The notes under the pieces: generated by a model
Told to the model about the DNA's origin: nothing
Database searches by the model: none
What the model saw: only the letters and a program-made list of their open reading frames with translations
Part shown: positions 10,847-23,624 of the stretch, piece after piece
Layout of the letters: the number at the start of each line of letters is the position of its first letter
How positions within the stretch are numbered: the stretch's first letter is position 1
Position numbers and translations under genes: made by a program
Assembly (NCBI GenBank): GCA_900088475.1
Contig: FLMG01002084.1
Span: forward strand, 1-47,879
DNA length: 47,879 nucleotides
Source of the DNA: Hyphochytrium catenoides
Taxonomy: Eukaryota > Protista > Hyphochytriomycota
Direction: 5' to 3'

Positions 10847-11959
10847 GCGTCATGCTGGTGTTTCCCTGGCGTCCTCACATTGTGAAGCCCACTCGTCCTC
10901 CTATCAGATCTTCCATACAGGTATGAAAGTATACTACCGCAGGTTACCCTTAGGTTATTTCCAATGCCCATGAAACCTCAAGTGAAGAGGGATGCGATTG
11001 AAGCGCTACGAGTCCCTCTCTTGTACACGATCAATTAATGATGGCGTCCCTCTCCAAGACGAAGAAACCCTGCTATTGTTGCAAGGGAAGAGGAGCAGCA
11101 TACAGGAAAATAAAAAAAAAGAAGAGAAAGGAATGCAGAGGTGCTGCAATGGCGGGCAAGCGCGCCTTTGGCTGCATGTCAATCTAGCCCACTCGGACAA
11201 CTTACTCGAGCGCAGGAGGCGTAGCACAATTGGCCAGGCATAACTGGGTAGGGACCGCTGCAGTGGTAGTGGACAAAGAGGATAGAGACTAAATTATCCG
11301 CCTCCTCGTTTCAGTTCGGTCCAGGTAGGAGAGCAACTCAATACCTCCTTAGAACGAACGTGCAGAGTATACATCATTCACGTGCAATACTTGCGCAGTC
11401 AATTACTAGAGAGGAGGCACTCACAGAAACCATGTAAGCTGGGACAGACCGGGGAGGAGCAACAGACCACGTCTGTTGAAGACCAGATCTGCAGCTGGTA
11501 GCAGCGGACACAGAGAGCTACATCTAACGGAGGCAGAGACCAAGTGGATGCGAAGAAGAAAGAAGAGGAAGGTCATGAGGTGATGGACCACCATGAAAGG
11601 ATCCAGGCAGGACAATTCCTATGACGGTGCAGTGAAGCGGTGGATATTCCGTAATAGAGCCCCATATATTCTTGATAATAATCAATCTGGAGAGCTTTCG
11701 GCTTCAAGTGAAGAAAGATCTGGCTTGAGGGTACCGGTGGATGGGCTGAAAACCTTTGGGGCGTAGCATTATCTCTTAGGGGATGGGTGGGTCCAAAAGG
11801 TTGTGGCTCAGAGGTGAATGAAGGTCAAGGCCTCAAAAGATCCAGTGGCGCTACCTGTAACAGTAACAGGGTTATTATTACTGGGGATGACGGGCCCCAG
11901 AGCAGAAAGGCAACTGAAGGGCAACCAAGGGGATGCGGCGATCCTAAGGTACAGAGCGG

Positions 11960-11979
11960 GTGAGAGGGCCAGAGAGAGA

Positions 11980-12025
<46 letters not shown>

Positions 12026-12320
12026 GAGAGAAGAGGGAGAGAGAGAGATTGATTGATTGGGGTCGAGACAGAGGGGAGAGAATTGGAAGAAAGAGGGGAG
12101 AGAACGGCGAGTAAGTGATAGAGAAGAGAGCAAGAGAGAGAGAGAGATCGCGGTGACTGATAGAGGATGAGAAAAAGAAAGGAGAGAGAGAGAAAGAGGA
12201 GCGAGAGAACGTGAGAGAGAAATAGATCATGGCTATAAGAAGGGTTGACGCAGACAGAGGAACGGTAGAAATACATGCAAAGGGGAAGGAGAGCGAGAGA
12301 GAGAGAGAGAGAGAATAATA
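11960..12320. repeat. (GA)n-rich purine tract upstream of GST
   Basis: Seen directly. Confidence 0.85.
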
Positions 12321-12595
12321 GAAGAGCCTTCGAGAAACGGAAGCAAGCAAGAAGGAGAAGCCTGCGCCTTTGCTGGCTCCTTTCCCTTCCGTGTATTTTT
12401 TATAGTTTCCTACAGGGCAGAGGGAAGTGGGAAGGAGCATTAGAGGTAACGAAGAAGCTAGTAGAACATTCAATTTCTGGGGTCCTCATTAGCTCTGGCA
12501 GCTTATCGCATCATCGAGCTCATCGTCATTTCTTTGCTTGCCGCAGACCTCCGAAGCCTTAGTAAGCCACAAAGATCTTCAGCGGAAGACTCAAT

Positions 12596-13686
12596 ATGGC
12601 GCTCAATGGCAAAGTTACCGTCCATTACTTCCCCATTCGGGGCCGTGGAGAGCCTATCAGACTCTTCTTGGCGGAGCTTGATGTCAAGTTCGAAGCTGCC
12701 ACTCCCGCCAATTGGCCGGAGATGAAGACTAACGGTCTGCAGGATGGATCTCTTCCCTTTGGACAGATCCCTATGGTTGAGTTTGCCAATGGGCTGAAGC
12801 TGGTCCAGATGAACCCTATTCTAAGGTGAATGGCTCTCTTGACCTCTGACCTTTATGAGTCCTCATCGTCGCTCTCTGTGCCACTCTCTACTCTGCATTG
12901 GTGCCATGAGTGCTCATGATGGAATAGCTGTATTGGCCCGCTCTTTATGTCTCTTTCCTTTGCTCTTACTGCGTAGATGGACGCCATAGTGGGTCGGATG
13001 TGCCTCTTCAACTAGATTGCTTGTTTGTTTGCTTTCCTCCTGACGGTCTCAGAAAGTCGCACGGCAACCTAACTCTCTCGTGAGCAGATACATTGGTGCC
13101 GTTAGTGGAAGGGACGGTAACACGGCAGAGGAGAAGGCCGTGATAGATATGTACGTGGAGGGCGTAGAGGACTGGCGTTCCAAGTACGTGGAGCTTATCT
13201 ACAAAGACAAAGTGGCTCCTGAGAGGTTTGAAGCCTATAAGGAGTTTATCACCAAGGCGCCAACTGGTACGCTACTGAGGGTTCTACCTCTTCTGCCTGT
13301 GTCTCTCGTGTCTTTCTCTCTTGTCTTTCTCTCTCTGGGATGTATCTAACTCTCTCTATATATTACCTCTCGTCCTGTGGACTAACCCTTTCGCCTCTCT
13401 TCTCTCCCCGGCCATCGTCGCTCTAGGTAAAGTACATTTGTGGGAAGAAATCCTTCGGCGTTCAGGAGGCGAGTACTTGGTAAAGGGCGCAGCAGCGCCT
13501 TCCAGCGCGGATATCTCTCTGTTCGGCGTAGTCGATGACCACCTGCACCTAATTCCCGAGCTGCTGGCCAACTTCCCCTTGCTTAAGAGCTGGTATGGTA
13601 GGATGAAGGCGCGACCTAACATTGCCGCTTACTTGGCCTCCGACCCAGCTTGGAGGAAGAGTATCAATGCCAATGGCCTGGGCTAA
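12596..13686 (+). CDS. Glutathione S-transferase, Tyr-type (Pi/Sigma-like), 3 exons
   Basis: Exons 12596-12825, 13088-13266 and 13427-13686 join in frame via GT-AG introns with CTAAC branch sites. Motifs HYFPIRGRGEPIR, LPFGQIP, LVQMNPILRYI, IDMYVEGVEDWR, SSADISLF, FPLLKSWYGRMKARPNIAAYL, SINANG. Confidence 0.93.
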
Positions 13687-16619
13687 GGGTCCATACCTTA
13701 TTATAAATTATAAACACAGACAGTGAACTCATCTTTGCTCCTTGCCAAACCCATTGTAACCTGCCGTCTGTGAGGGTGATACCCGTTGATAGACGTTGGC
13801 TGGAAGACACATAGTGATACCACTGATCGGAGCCGCAAGTAAACAATAACAGCTGGCAGGCTAGAGCTTTAGCAGGCTCACTGCAAGAATGTAACCCTGA
13901 TCGTTAAGGGGCCATACGGCTTGGTTATGACCTTCTCCTGATCAGACTACCCTCAATTTTGGTAGTCCATGCTCAGGAGGGAAAGTGCTCTTTAGCCCGT
14001 GATCTCATGATGAATGTGTGTCACACGGTAGCGATAACATTTTAAGTGATGACAGCAATGGAGGAAGTCACTGGCTGCTATGTAGGCAGGTGTGACCTTG
14101 TTTTTATATAAAGATGTATGTGGGATCCGCAAGATCCGATCCTGAGCTTGATCACTGTCTGCAAGGAGAAGTAGATGGTACGAAAGGGCAGTAGGGCCGG
14201 CCGACTCGTTGTCCGTCTTATAGACTAGCCCCAAATCGTCCCTTATCCCTTGCATAGGGGAGGATCGCGGAAATGGTCGGACGCCATAGGATAGCAGATG
14301 CGCTAAGGCAACTGACTCAGAGCCCCATATCTTCGGCCAGGGGTTGACGCTAAGCCAAGCAGACCCTGTCCACTGCCTTCACACTTCAGCAGGCTCGTGT
14401 CGGAGCAGTGCTGCAGGCCCTAGGAGGACCTGAGTAGTGCAAAGCGCAACAAATGCTAGGAGACTAACAGTAAGAGTATGAGAGGAACATTAGACTTCCT
14501 CACTCTGGAGTAAGTGCCCGACAATGGGCTGTGACAGGATCACAGAGGTAACCCTCGCTTCCTTCTTGCTCACGCCCCAATCATCGTCTTTCAATAGACT
14601 CCCAACCTCAACCAACGGGCTTCTGGTTACACTGCAAGTTCTCTAGAGGACACTGCAATGGCGGCCAATGGCTAGGGTGGCCAGAGGAGGAGAAGAAGTG
14701 ACATCGTCAACGATACCAGGGGTGCTTGGTTATTAGTTGACTGTGTATTCTTCATTATAATAAAGGTTGAGGTCCCTTTCACTCTCTTCTTAGACCCAAA
14801 GTGCCCTTGCTTCACGCATGCCGGCCATCCCTCCTCCGGTTCTAGTAGCATGACGATGCTATCATCGTCCTCTATAGCTCCTCAGCTGCTACTATCTCAT
14901 CTCACCCTGAAATTGATAATAGACGAGCTAAGAGCAAGAGAGCAAGAGAGTTCCTTTGCTTCGTACTATTTTGCCTGTTGACGACACCCATGAGACTTCC
15001 CAGTCGGCTTTTACCTTGGCCATGAAGTCTCAATAGTAAGGTATGATCGACCAGGCTGTACTGTCTGCTCAAGGTCTTGAGTGCCAGTTCCAGTGCGGTT
15101 CTGAGGATTGCAAGGCGACAGGTCCCGGAAAGCACTCTTCGAAGGAACAGTAACTAGACGAGTGCAGATGAGTCCTCATTGAAGGAGACAAACCAGCAGA
15201 GCCAGGCCACTCTTATCCTCCCTCGTCTCCTCCATCAAAGGACGGTACCGCAGATACTATCACGTATCAGTGGCATGTGCCAGGCCTGCCAGCCGATGCT
15301 TGCTTCTCAGGTGGGTCTATGCTTTGGCCTCGGTCTCCTCCTCTTGTGGTGTGCCCACTAGTTGAGCAGTGATGAGTCCATCACCTGTTCGCTGCTTCGC
15401 CGCCTCTAAAGATTACCATGAAGCTTCTCAACCCCTGATTCTTCTCAATTGGCAAAGGAGAAGAGTCTGTTGCGCTATAAACGCAGGAAGACCAACTATA
15501 TTTGTAGCGTCTGCCACTTTGTTGTAGGGCTCCCCCTAGGTATTCTCGGACTAGATGGTTCTGACTGCATATAATGCCTGTCTTGGTTGCACATTGTACT
15601 TCTTACTTTGGGGACGACTTTGATTTCTTGTGTCAGCCCGGAGCTACTTTCGTGTTCACGACTTTCCGTTACATGGCACAGTGCATTGGTGAGACTCTAT
15701 CATTAGCAGGGAGTTCTACTGATAGGTGCAGACAGGGTCGAGAGTGGGAGGACATGCTTGGGCTGCCAATGGATAGCAGACCAGGAACTGGCTTCCGGCA
15801 AGGAGTGACAGCTCCTAAAACCTCCTAAAAGTAAGAATAACTCTTGGGTTTTCGGCCCCAAATATGATGGAACTTAGCACTTGTGGAGGCTAGACAGAGT
15901 TTCCTGCTGAACTACCGAAAGAGGAAAAGGATAGGAACAGCCAAAGGCAGCCAAATATATTGCGATTATGTAGGGAAGACTCTTCCTATCTTTCCAGGCG
16001 AACTAGTTCTACTCCTTGTTAACCTCGCTATCATCTTCTGAGAGATAACAGAGCTGGAGTAGAAGTTATCGTCCAATGCTCCCTCTTGTCCCTAGCCTTC
16101 TCTTCACAAAGAAAGGAAAGGACAAGAGGATGACCTAACTAATCTTGGAAAGACTTGGATGGGAGGACAGTGATTCACACCCATAATGAACTAGAGCCAT
16201 GCAGCTTAGGAAGTTAGCCCTCGTTAGTGAGGCTGAGGATTGGGTTCGTCGGACGGCAGCCTTGAGAGCGAAGAGATACGTACAAGGCCGAACAGACCAA
16301 GAGAGAAGCAAGGAAGACAGAGCAGGAGCCAGGTCACGATCTCTGGGGACAGTAATACAAATGCTGCATTGCTCGTCTAACAGATCCTTTCCTTGTTGAA
16401 GGTATCGCAAGTGGTATTTTCCCTGATTATAAGCATCGGAAAGGTATTTGAAATAAACACCTACAACTGGAAGTTTTCAACTTGATGTTTCTGTGTTTGG
16501 CTTGGTCTTGGACTATCAGCGTGTGTTTGAGGGTTAAATGTATGGGTAAACAGAGTTGTGTGTAGCCGTTGCTACAACACGGTTCAGAACCCAAGAACCT
16601 ATTCCAATACGGGTACAAG

Positions 16620-16656
16620 CAAGGAGAGAGGGGGAGTGAGGGGAAGAGGGAGAAAA

Positions 16657-16694
<38 letters not shown>

Positions 16695-17060
16695 NNNNNN
16701 NNNNNNNNNNNNNNNNNAGAGAGAGAGAGAGGGGGAGAGGGAGGAAGGAAGACAAAAGGAAGAGATGTTCCTACTAAGAAATGGAAGGAGAGAGCAAGAG
16801 AGAGAGAGAGAGAGAAGAAAGAGGCTGACTGAATCTGCAAGAAAGTCTAGTGAGATTTGATTTGAAGGCAAAGAATGAGAAGAGAAGAGACGGAGTGGTG
16901 TAGAAGAGGAGAGAAGAGGACAGGAAGAAAGACAGGAACAGACAAGAGATGACAAGGAAAGAAAGACCATAGTCAAGGCAAAGAATGAGAGAAAGTGAGC
17001 AGAGAGAGTGGACATGCCCCACCATGAAAGAAAGAACCAGGAATAGAGAGGAGAGAGCAC
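16620..17060. repeat. (GA)n-rich tract with assembly gap (N 16695-16717)
   Basis: Seen directly. Confidence 0.85.
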
Positions 17061-17645
17061 AGCAGCAAGGTATGAGGTTGAGGTTTATGATGGCACGGCC
17101 GGAGAGACAGATTGGAGAGACAGAGCTTGAAGTGGGCTAAGGGTTGGGCTTACGGCAAAAGGAACAGGCTTCCTACCACGAAAGACGAGCCCTAACACGC
17201 TTGGTCTTACCCACTTTCCTCCTCGCTTGTGCACTGGAAAGAGGACAGTCGGAAGCGGTTGAAGGACTTACGGACACAGATCATCCTTCACTTCTAATCA
17301 GCAGAACCAGAGGAGGACAGGAAACAACGCTAGGGAACTCTTAAGCTTGGCTCTCCGTGCCGTCTTCCTCTACTGCTGACATCCTCTTCAACCAGCACCC
17401 TGATAAGAGAGAGGGAACCACTTCTTCACACAGAAGACAAAGGAGTTTCAGACTTTCAGCCATTATCGAGACTTTTCTGAGAGTATCCTTCCAGAGGTCA
17501 TTGCCACATTGATGAACTTCCTCAACGGCCCAGCAACCCCACCGCACAGTACAGCAGCGCCTCGACTCTGAGCAGTCCATATTATCTGTCTGCTACTCGC
17601 TCCTCGCGATTCTGGGCTGTGCGCTGTATCAACCACAGGTCAAAG

Positions 17646-18014
17646 ATGCATACAAGTCAAGAATGGAAAGCGACATGCTTCATCTTGGAGTCATCGCCCA
17701 ACAGTAACTCAACCTGCCGTATGTGCAACAAAGGCATTCACCAGAATATCCTGCGGCTAGGGACAATGTTCACCCATGACGACGGGCACATCCTGCTTGA
17801 GTGGAGGCATCTAAAGTGCACCAGTATCGTCCCGCCCAAGTTCCGTCTGAGTCTAAAGGAAAGGAATCAGTTTTCTGCTGATCATCTGGCAGAGATTGAT
17901 CTATGGCTGGCCTCCAGGGCTACCTCTAAGCCGGTTGGACTGGATGCCAGACGGCCAAAGTTCATCAAGGCCCAGCAGCAACAGTGCACATCGGCTATCG
18001 TGTCTGCCTCATGA
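17646..18014 (+). CDS. Small protein with a single PARP-type zinc finger (122 aa from ATG 17646)
   Basis: FILESSPNSNSTCRMCNKGIHQNILRLG...EWRHLKC gives C-x2-C-x27-H-x2-C with LRLG and WxH, matching the zf-PARP pattern. The frame is closed upstream by TGA at 17478; an upstream exon cannot be excluded. Confidence 0.75.
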   Translation: MHTSQEWKATCFILESSPNSNSTCRMCNKGIHQNILRLGTMFTHDDGHILLEWRHLKCTSIVPPKFRLSLKERNQFSADHLAEIDLWLASRATSKPVGLDARRPKFIKAQQQQCTSAIVSAS

Positions 18015-18422
18015 CCAGACAACGAAAAGCCCCAAGAATGGCTGCAAACCCTATTTATACCTTTGACCTGCCTCCCTGATGAAGGCCAAATCTCTCTCTC
18101 TCCTCTCTCTTTGTGAAAGAGCGGACAAGCGCTTTGTAGTCTGTCTCTGGACCTCTGTACATAGACTTGCCGGGGTTTTGTTCGAAAGCTTTGTTACGCT
18201 TTCTTCCCGCGAAGGTTATCGCCGTACTATTTTATTTAGAAAAGTCGTAAGTTATCAGGCTCTCGTCAATCTTTATAATATCTTATTTAATTTATAGGAG
18301 TTTAGCATCACTTCCTCCTCCGTAGCCTTTATCTGGATAAGATGGTAGATATGGCTCTTGTTACTCTTGCTGCGTGAGTACACCGGCTATAGGAAGTTGA
18401 GATTTTGAGGCGGTGGAGCGGA

Positions 18423-20144
18423 TCATAAGCCGAGCTTGGTGGCAGCCTTCTGCGCTTGCTCCCAGAAGACAAAGGTAAAGATAGTATGCGGACCAAGCCG
18501 GAGGTAGTGGGCCAGCCAGCCCTTGTAGAATCCTTTCACGCCTTCAACGCGGGCTGTCTTAATAAAACAATCGAGAAAGCCGTTATACAGTGTCCCTTTG
18601 CCATTTACCACCTACAAAGCAGCGAAGTCTTAGAGGAAGGAAATTGTTATGGAAAGCAGCTGAAGCTCCCAGTTTACCTTTTGACTGTATAAGCGCGTTG
18701 ATACAACGTCAAATGGATTCATCGTGGTAGTGACGACAAGACCAGTGATAAGGCTTGCTGTGAGACGCGGAAAAAGGACTTTAGCAAGGGCAGGGGATGC
18801 TTCCGAAGCACATTCCTCTGAGCACTACCTGCAAAATGGGCGTATACGTTGTCCTCAAAAAACGGCGTTTTCAGCACCATGTGCTTGATAAAATCATAAG
18901 AAGAGAGCTGAGTGGCAGAACCAACCTGTGGCGGAATAAATGTCAGCATCATTTTGTCGCTCTTAGGACGATGAAGCTCTGATCTTACCGCAACACGAGG
19001 CACTGCAGCCGTGACACCGCGAAAGAGACCCGCCACCCCATCAGCCGCATAGACCTGCCGAAGTCCGTCTACCTACCAGTAGTGTTGATAGGATAAACGA
19101 AGGTTGTTTATGCCAAGGATCAAGCACCAAGTTATGGCCAATCAAGCGAGCGTACCAGTCCTTTATAGTGGTATTGCTTCGTGTCTGCAGTTGCTGCTGA
19201 GCCCTGCGCCTGTAATCGTGCCTTGATTAGGAAGAAAGGAGACCCCACAACGGCTCCGGCGGACCCTAAACGGAGAAGTGTGTCAATAATATTCGGGAAT
19301 GACGTCTCCAGTCAGGTGAAGCCTAGCACATACCAGATAGTGCGGCTGCAAGCATATTCTTCAGTAAGCTAAGGGCTGTGCCCTGCTCTGTAGAGCCGAT
19401 GGCCTTCTTCAAAGGCCCATACATACCCAATCTCACGCCGTTCATCATGGACTTTAGGGTACATCAAGAACACATAAAATGGGTAACATTAGTCATTGAT
19501 TGGAGCTTGTCACTACTAGGAGTGAGGTCAATACGTGCGAGGAGATGAGATAAGGCAGCGAGACATGGATGACAGAAACAATACGAGCCAGAGAGATGTC
19601 AGATATAAAGATAGCTGTGGAAGGGATAAAGACTATTATGAAAAGGTTACAAGTCTAGAGCCGGAGTGAGAGCAGGGAGAGGAACGAAATGAGGGAATCC
19701 AGAACAACGTCGACGTAGTAATAGAGCTCGAGAGTGGAGGAAACAGGATCCAAGACAAGGTCAAGGGTCACCTGATAGGCTATTCCCGGGGTGAGACCTC
19801 TTTGGATACCTCTAACCCCTTCAGTCTTTGTTATGACGTAGAAGGCATGAAGGGCATTCCTATACGGTCGAGCGCCTCCAGCCGCTACTAGCTCGCCCTA
19901 CGAAACATATCTATGAGAGACACATACGTTGTTTGATTCACACCCTTGAAGATCAAACCTGAAGCTGCATTCGAGTCTTGACAGTTTCAAAGGGATTGGA
20001 GAATACGCAAGCACAGCTGGTTGCGACGGCACCTAGCATGAATTCTACCATCAATGATCTAGGTTGTTTCACCGTGACGGGGCCTTGGGAAGGCGCAGCC
20101 TCGCCCGGGGAAGGGCCTCTGGCGGATAGCGCAGTGGAGGACAT
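18423..20144 (-). CDS. Mitochondrial carrier of the OAC1/SLC25A34/SLC25A35 (oxaloacetate/sulfate) subfamily, 8 exons
   Basis: The spliced product has three carrier signatures (NPFETVKTRMQ, SPFFLIKARLQ, NPFDVVSTRLY) and subfamily motifs AYQSMMNGVRLGMY, RVAVGSATQLSSY, GFYKGWLAHYLRLGPHTIFTFVFWEQ. All 7 introns are GT-AG. Confidence 0.92.
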
Positions 20145-21115
20145 CGTGACGGCTACCCTGCGAGTGCCTTTTAAAGGAGCGTCGCAGACAGTGCCTCCGA
20201 AGATGAGGGATGTTCGAAGGGATGCCGATGACAAAGGTTTATAGACAGAAAAAGTTTCAACAGGTATTCCTTGCACTCATCTTCCTTCCGACAGTCATGT
20301 CCACGGGAGATCCTTGAAAGTTGCCACTAGCGAAGCCTAGTAATAGAAAGACTGAGAGGCGCCCGGCAAGAGCTTGAGATTCCAATGGGACTAATGTTGA
20401 GCTCAAGAAGCGAGACTTCACGGTGGTTGATGCGGAGCTTCCAGCTTTGTGAAGCTTCAACATTATTTGGGGCGAATCCGTCCATCATCGTTATGATGAG
20501 CCCCGATGTCCCGGAGGAGGTCTGGTGAGCCTTCAAGATCTGGATAAAGGTATGGGTCAGTGCTGCTGATAGTCCTATGGTTTCCGTCACTTTGGCTTAT
20601 TCAAGGTTAACGTGGATAATTTAACTCTAGCTAAAAAGCACTAAAGGAAGACTCCATTAACATATCTGGATAAGCCACATATTTGTCGGTTAGCGGCTCT
20701 CCATCAGAAAGTGAAGGTTGAAGGACCAGGAAAAGAAGAGTGGGGTACGTGGTCATGGAACCTGATAATACTCCGAATAGGAAGCCTCACTGATAACATT
20801 ATTCACTCTTTGTCTCATTTCTTACCCAATCCTTCGCCGGGGCTGGTGGTTTTGTTGGTCAAGCTCTGTGTTCCTGAAGATTTATCGCGATGTCCGCGCT
20901 CCGTTATCACTCGCGGCAGATGCAGTTTGCAGACCCCGCAGTCAGAGCAGCGCGGCTCGGTATTTATCGGTATGTTCGCCCAGTAGATATTATCGCCACC
21001 ATGAGCTCTAGACGAAGCTTGCAGTCTGCAAGTTCTATCTATGCGGTGTGAGGAGCAACTCACTAACGAGACAAGGGCGGGTGATGCAAGTGTTTAGCAG
21101 TGAGGAGGGCTCTTA

Positions 21116-23270
21116 ATGGGTGTTTGCGCATCTAAGGACCATGAAGGCCTGGATGAGGGCCTTCGTATTCCTCGCCATGAGTTAAGAAGCTTGCTCCGGC
21201 TGCGTGATGCGACTGAGGGTGAGAGCACAGACTGGACCTATCACCACATTATCTGGCACGGTAGCCACCATGTAACCGATATTGGGTGGAAGGATAACGA
21301 TGATCCTGCCACCTGGAATGGCATCGTACTTTGCTCGGACCCACCCTACCATGTGAAGGAGATCAAGTTCTGTGATAGAGGGCTTACTGGTTAGTGCTGC
21401 CAGCTTCAGCTCGAAGGGGTCTGGGTTAGACCTGTGTCCATGTCTTTATGCCTACTCTTCTGGAGATCTTCGAGGAAATGCAATGAACTTGTTTAGCTCA
21501 GTTTGCTCATTCTATGCCAGGCAAAATACCGAGGCCTTTCCCCATCGGGATGGGCGAGTTGCTTGTGCTCAACCTGTCAAATAACAGACTGGAAGGTACG
21601 CAAAGGAAGTGGGTCTGCGAAGGAAGAACGCCCTAATCAAGACAAGAACGAGGCAAAGCACAGAGATAATTCGAAGCTTTTATTGACGAGGAACGAAGAC
21701 AGGCTTAGCGATGACGGCGGAACGGAACAGTAGGGAGAGAGGCAATTGGAAAGGGAACAAAGAGAAAGAGATGCACGCTGAGCATTGCTGCAGGGTCAAG
21801 GGAGAGTTGGAAGCTTTGTTGACTTGAAACAAAAGGAACCTGACAATGACTTTGCCTTCACGCAAGGCAACATTCCTCGGTCCATTAGACACTGCCGAAA
21901 GCTCCAGGTGTTGAACGTGCGGTGCAACAAACTTTCAGGTAAGGCGCAGCAGGCTGTTGACAGGTTGTCTCTTCAGGCTTATCCCAGCTCGTCTTTCGCC
22001 TGCTTCCTTTGGCTCTTGATCTACTACGGCGCTAAGGAGTTCCGTAGCGCACTCTTGCCTCAGCAGAACCTTCTCTCTCTCGCACTATGAACGGGCGAAG
22101 GCGCAATGCTTATTCATTCGCGGGTCTCTGCTTTCCGACAGGTTATTTTCCTCGCACTGTTTTTAATATCCCAACGCTTAAGGAGCTCTACTTGGGGTAC
22201 AACCTCATAACAGGTAAGCAGGCGTCTTTCAGGTGTACCTCCTTCGTTCAGGTCACTATTCTTTCTCTGGGGTCCCGATTGGCACCATTGGCGCCTGCGA
22301 CTCTCCTTCATTCTCGCAGTTTGCTTTGTCCGTTTGGTATCCTCTTTTTGTTACCTTCTGCTTTCACGTCTCCTGAGACTGTGTCTGCAGGGGACATATC
22401 AGATAGGTTTGACGCCTTGCCGCACCTGGAGGTATTTGAAGCGTGCAGCAACAGACTGACAGGTGAAGTGTGAAAGGGAAGAGTCTGTCGCTTCTTTTGC
22501 TTACCTTTCGCAAAGCATGCGTTTTCCCTCTACTTCCGTGGGTGTCCTTCTAATGCCGCTTTCCACAGGCGACATTCCTTCCTCTTTGGGCTGTTGCAGA
22601 GGCCTTAGAATCCTATCTCTCGCCTCCAACCTGTTGTCAGGTAAAGACAACAGATTTGACCCCCGACCATGTCTTCCGGCATAACTAAGCCAACGTCTCG
22701 TCTCTCTACTTCTTCGCGTTCAGCAATCAGTAGCCTTACCTTACCCTCATTTGGCTTTACGGCTCAATGTTTTCATTCCCCGTCTTGACTGTGGGTCTTC
22801 TGACGCCTAGCGCCCTTCGGTTTCTTGTAGGTAGTATACCTTCGTCCTTTGAACAGTTGGCCGATCTGGAGGATGTCCGGCTGCACAATAATAGGCTAGA
22901 GGGAGACATACCGCTCTTCCTAGGATATCTTCCACACCTAAAGTACTTGTATCTTACACGGAACAGGTTAAAATGTAAGATCGCGCTTGAGCTCGTTCTG
23001 ACCTTTGTAACCCCTAGCAAATGACCTCTGCCCTGCCTTTTCGTAGATTTTCGCAACGTGGGCGGGGACGGAAGAGCTGTCATTCGCTGTCTGCAGGGAA
23101 AGCTTCAACTCCAGGGGATGAAGTTCTTCCGTCTTCTCTACCTCCAACAGTGCGAACAAGGATTGCTACCTCTTTCTCTTCTTTCTGAGGATCTCATAGA
23201 CTGCATTCTCAGCTTCTTGCAGCTAAATGGAGCTATAGACCCGGATAGCTCTTGGCCATCGCAGCGATAG
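21116..23270 (+). CDS. N-myristoylated/palmitoylated-type LRR protein with plant-type 24-aa repeats and a C-terminal F-box-like motif, 8 exons
   Basis: Exons 21116-21389, 21521-21595, 21867-21938, 22142-22213, 22391-22462, 22569-22640, 22831-22974, 23047-23270, all joined by phase-1 introns. Repeats follow LxxLxLxxNxLxGxIP. N-terminus MGVCASK, N-cap LLRLRDATEG..W...GW...TWNGI, C-terminus LSLLSEDLIDCILSFL. Confidence 0.9.
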
Positions 23271-23624
23271 CGATAAAGACAGAGCTCACGCAGAAGGACC
23301 AAGGAAAGATTGCCTTAGGAGCGCTGCTCAAGGCTATTTATTCGTCATAGACTTATTTAACCTTACGACCTTAGTATGCCCCAATTTTCTCGGACTAATA
23401 ACAGCAGCATCGACTACTTTTCCTTGAACTTTTATCTCCTTCAATGCACTCAAACAGCTCTAACAGGTCAGCAAAGGAGTTATCCAGCCTCTCAGTGCTT
23501 CTAGCGTATGATGAAAGCGCCAGCGGTCGTCAAATGAACGCTAGGCGGAGGAGAGAGGCTACCTGCTACGACCAGATTGCTGCATTGATTGATAAGATAT
23601 CTTTTTCCTTCCTCTTTTCTCTTG

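Noticed and set aside
13700-16500. Possible transposon or viral remnant in a gene-free stretch
   Set aside because: No RT, integrase or transposase motifs, LTRs or TIRs could be identified by eye.
19953-20590. N-terminal extension of the carrier and upstream ORF 20327-20590
   Set aside because: They rely on non-ATG starts. ATG 20144 gives a normal-length carrier, and the upstream ORF has no recognisable features.
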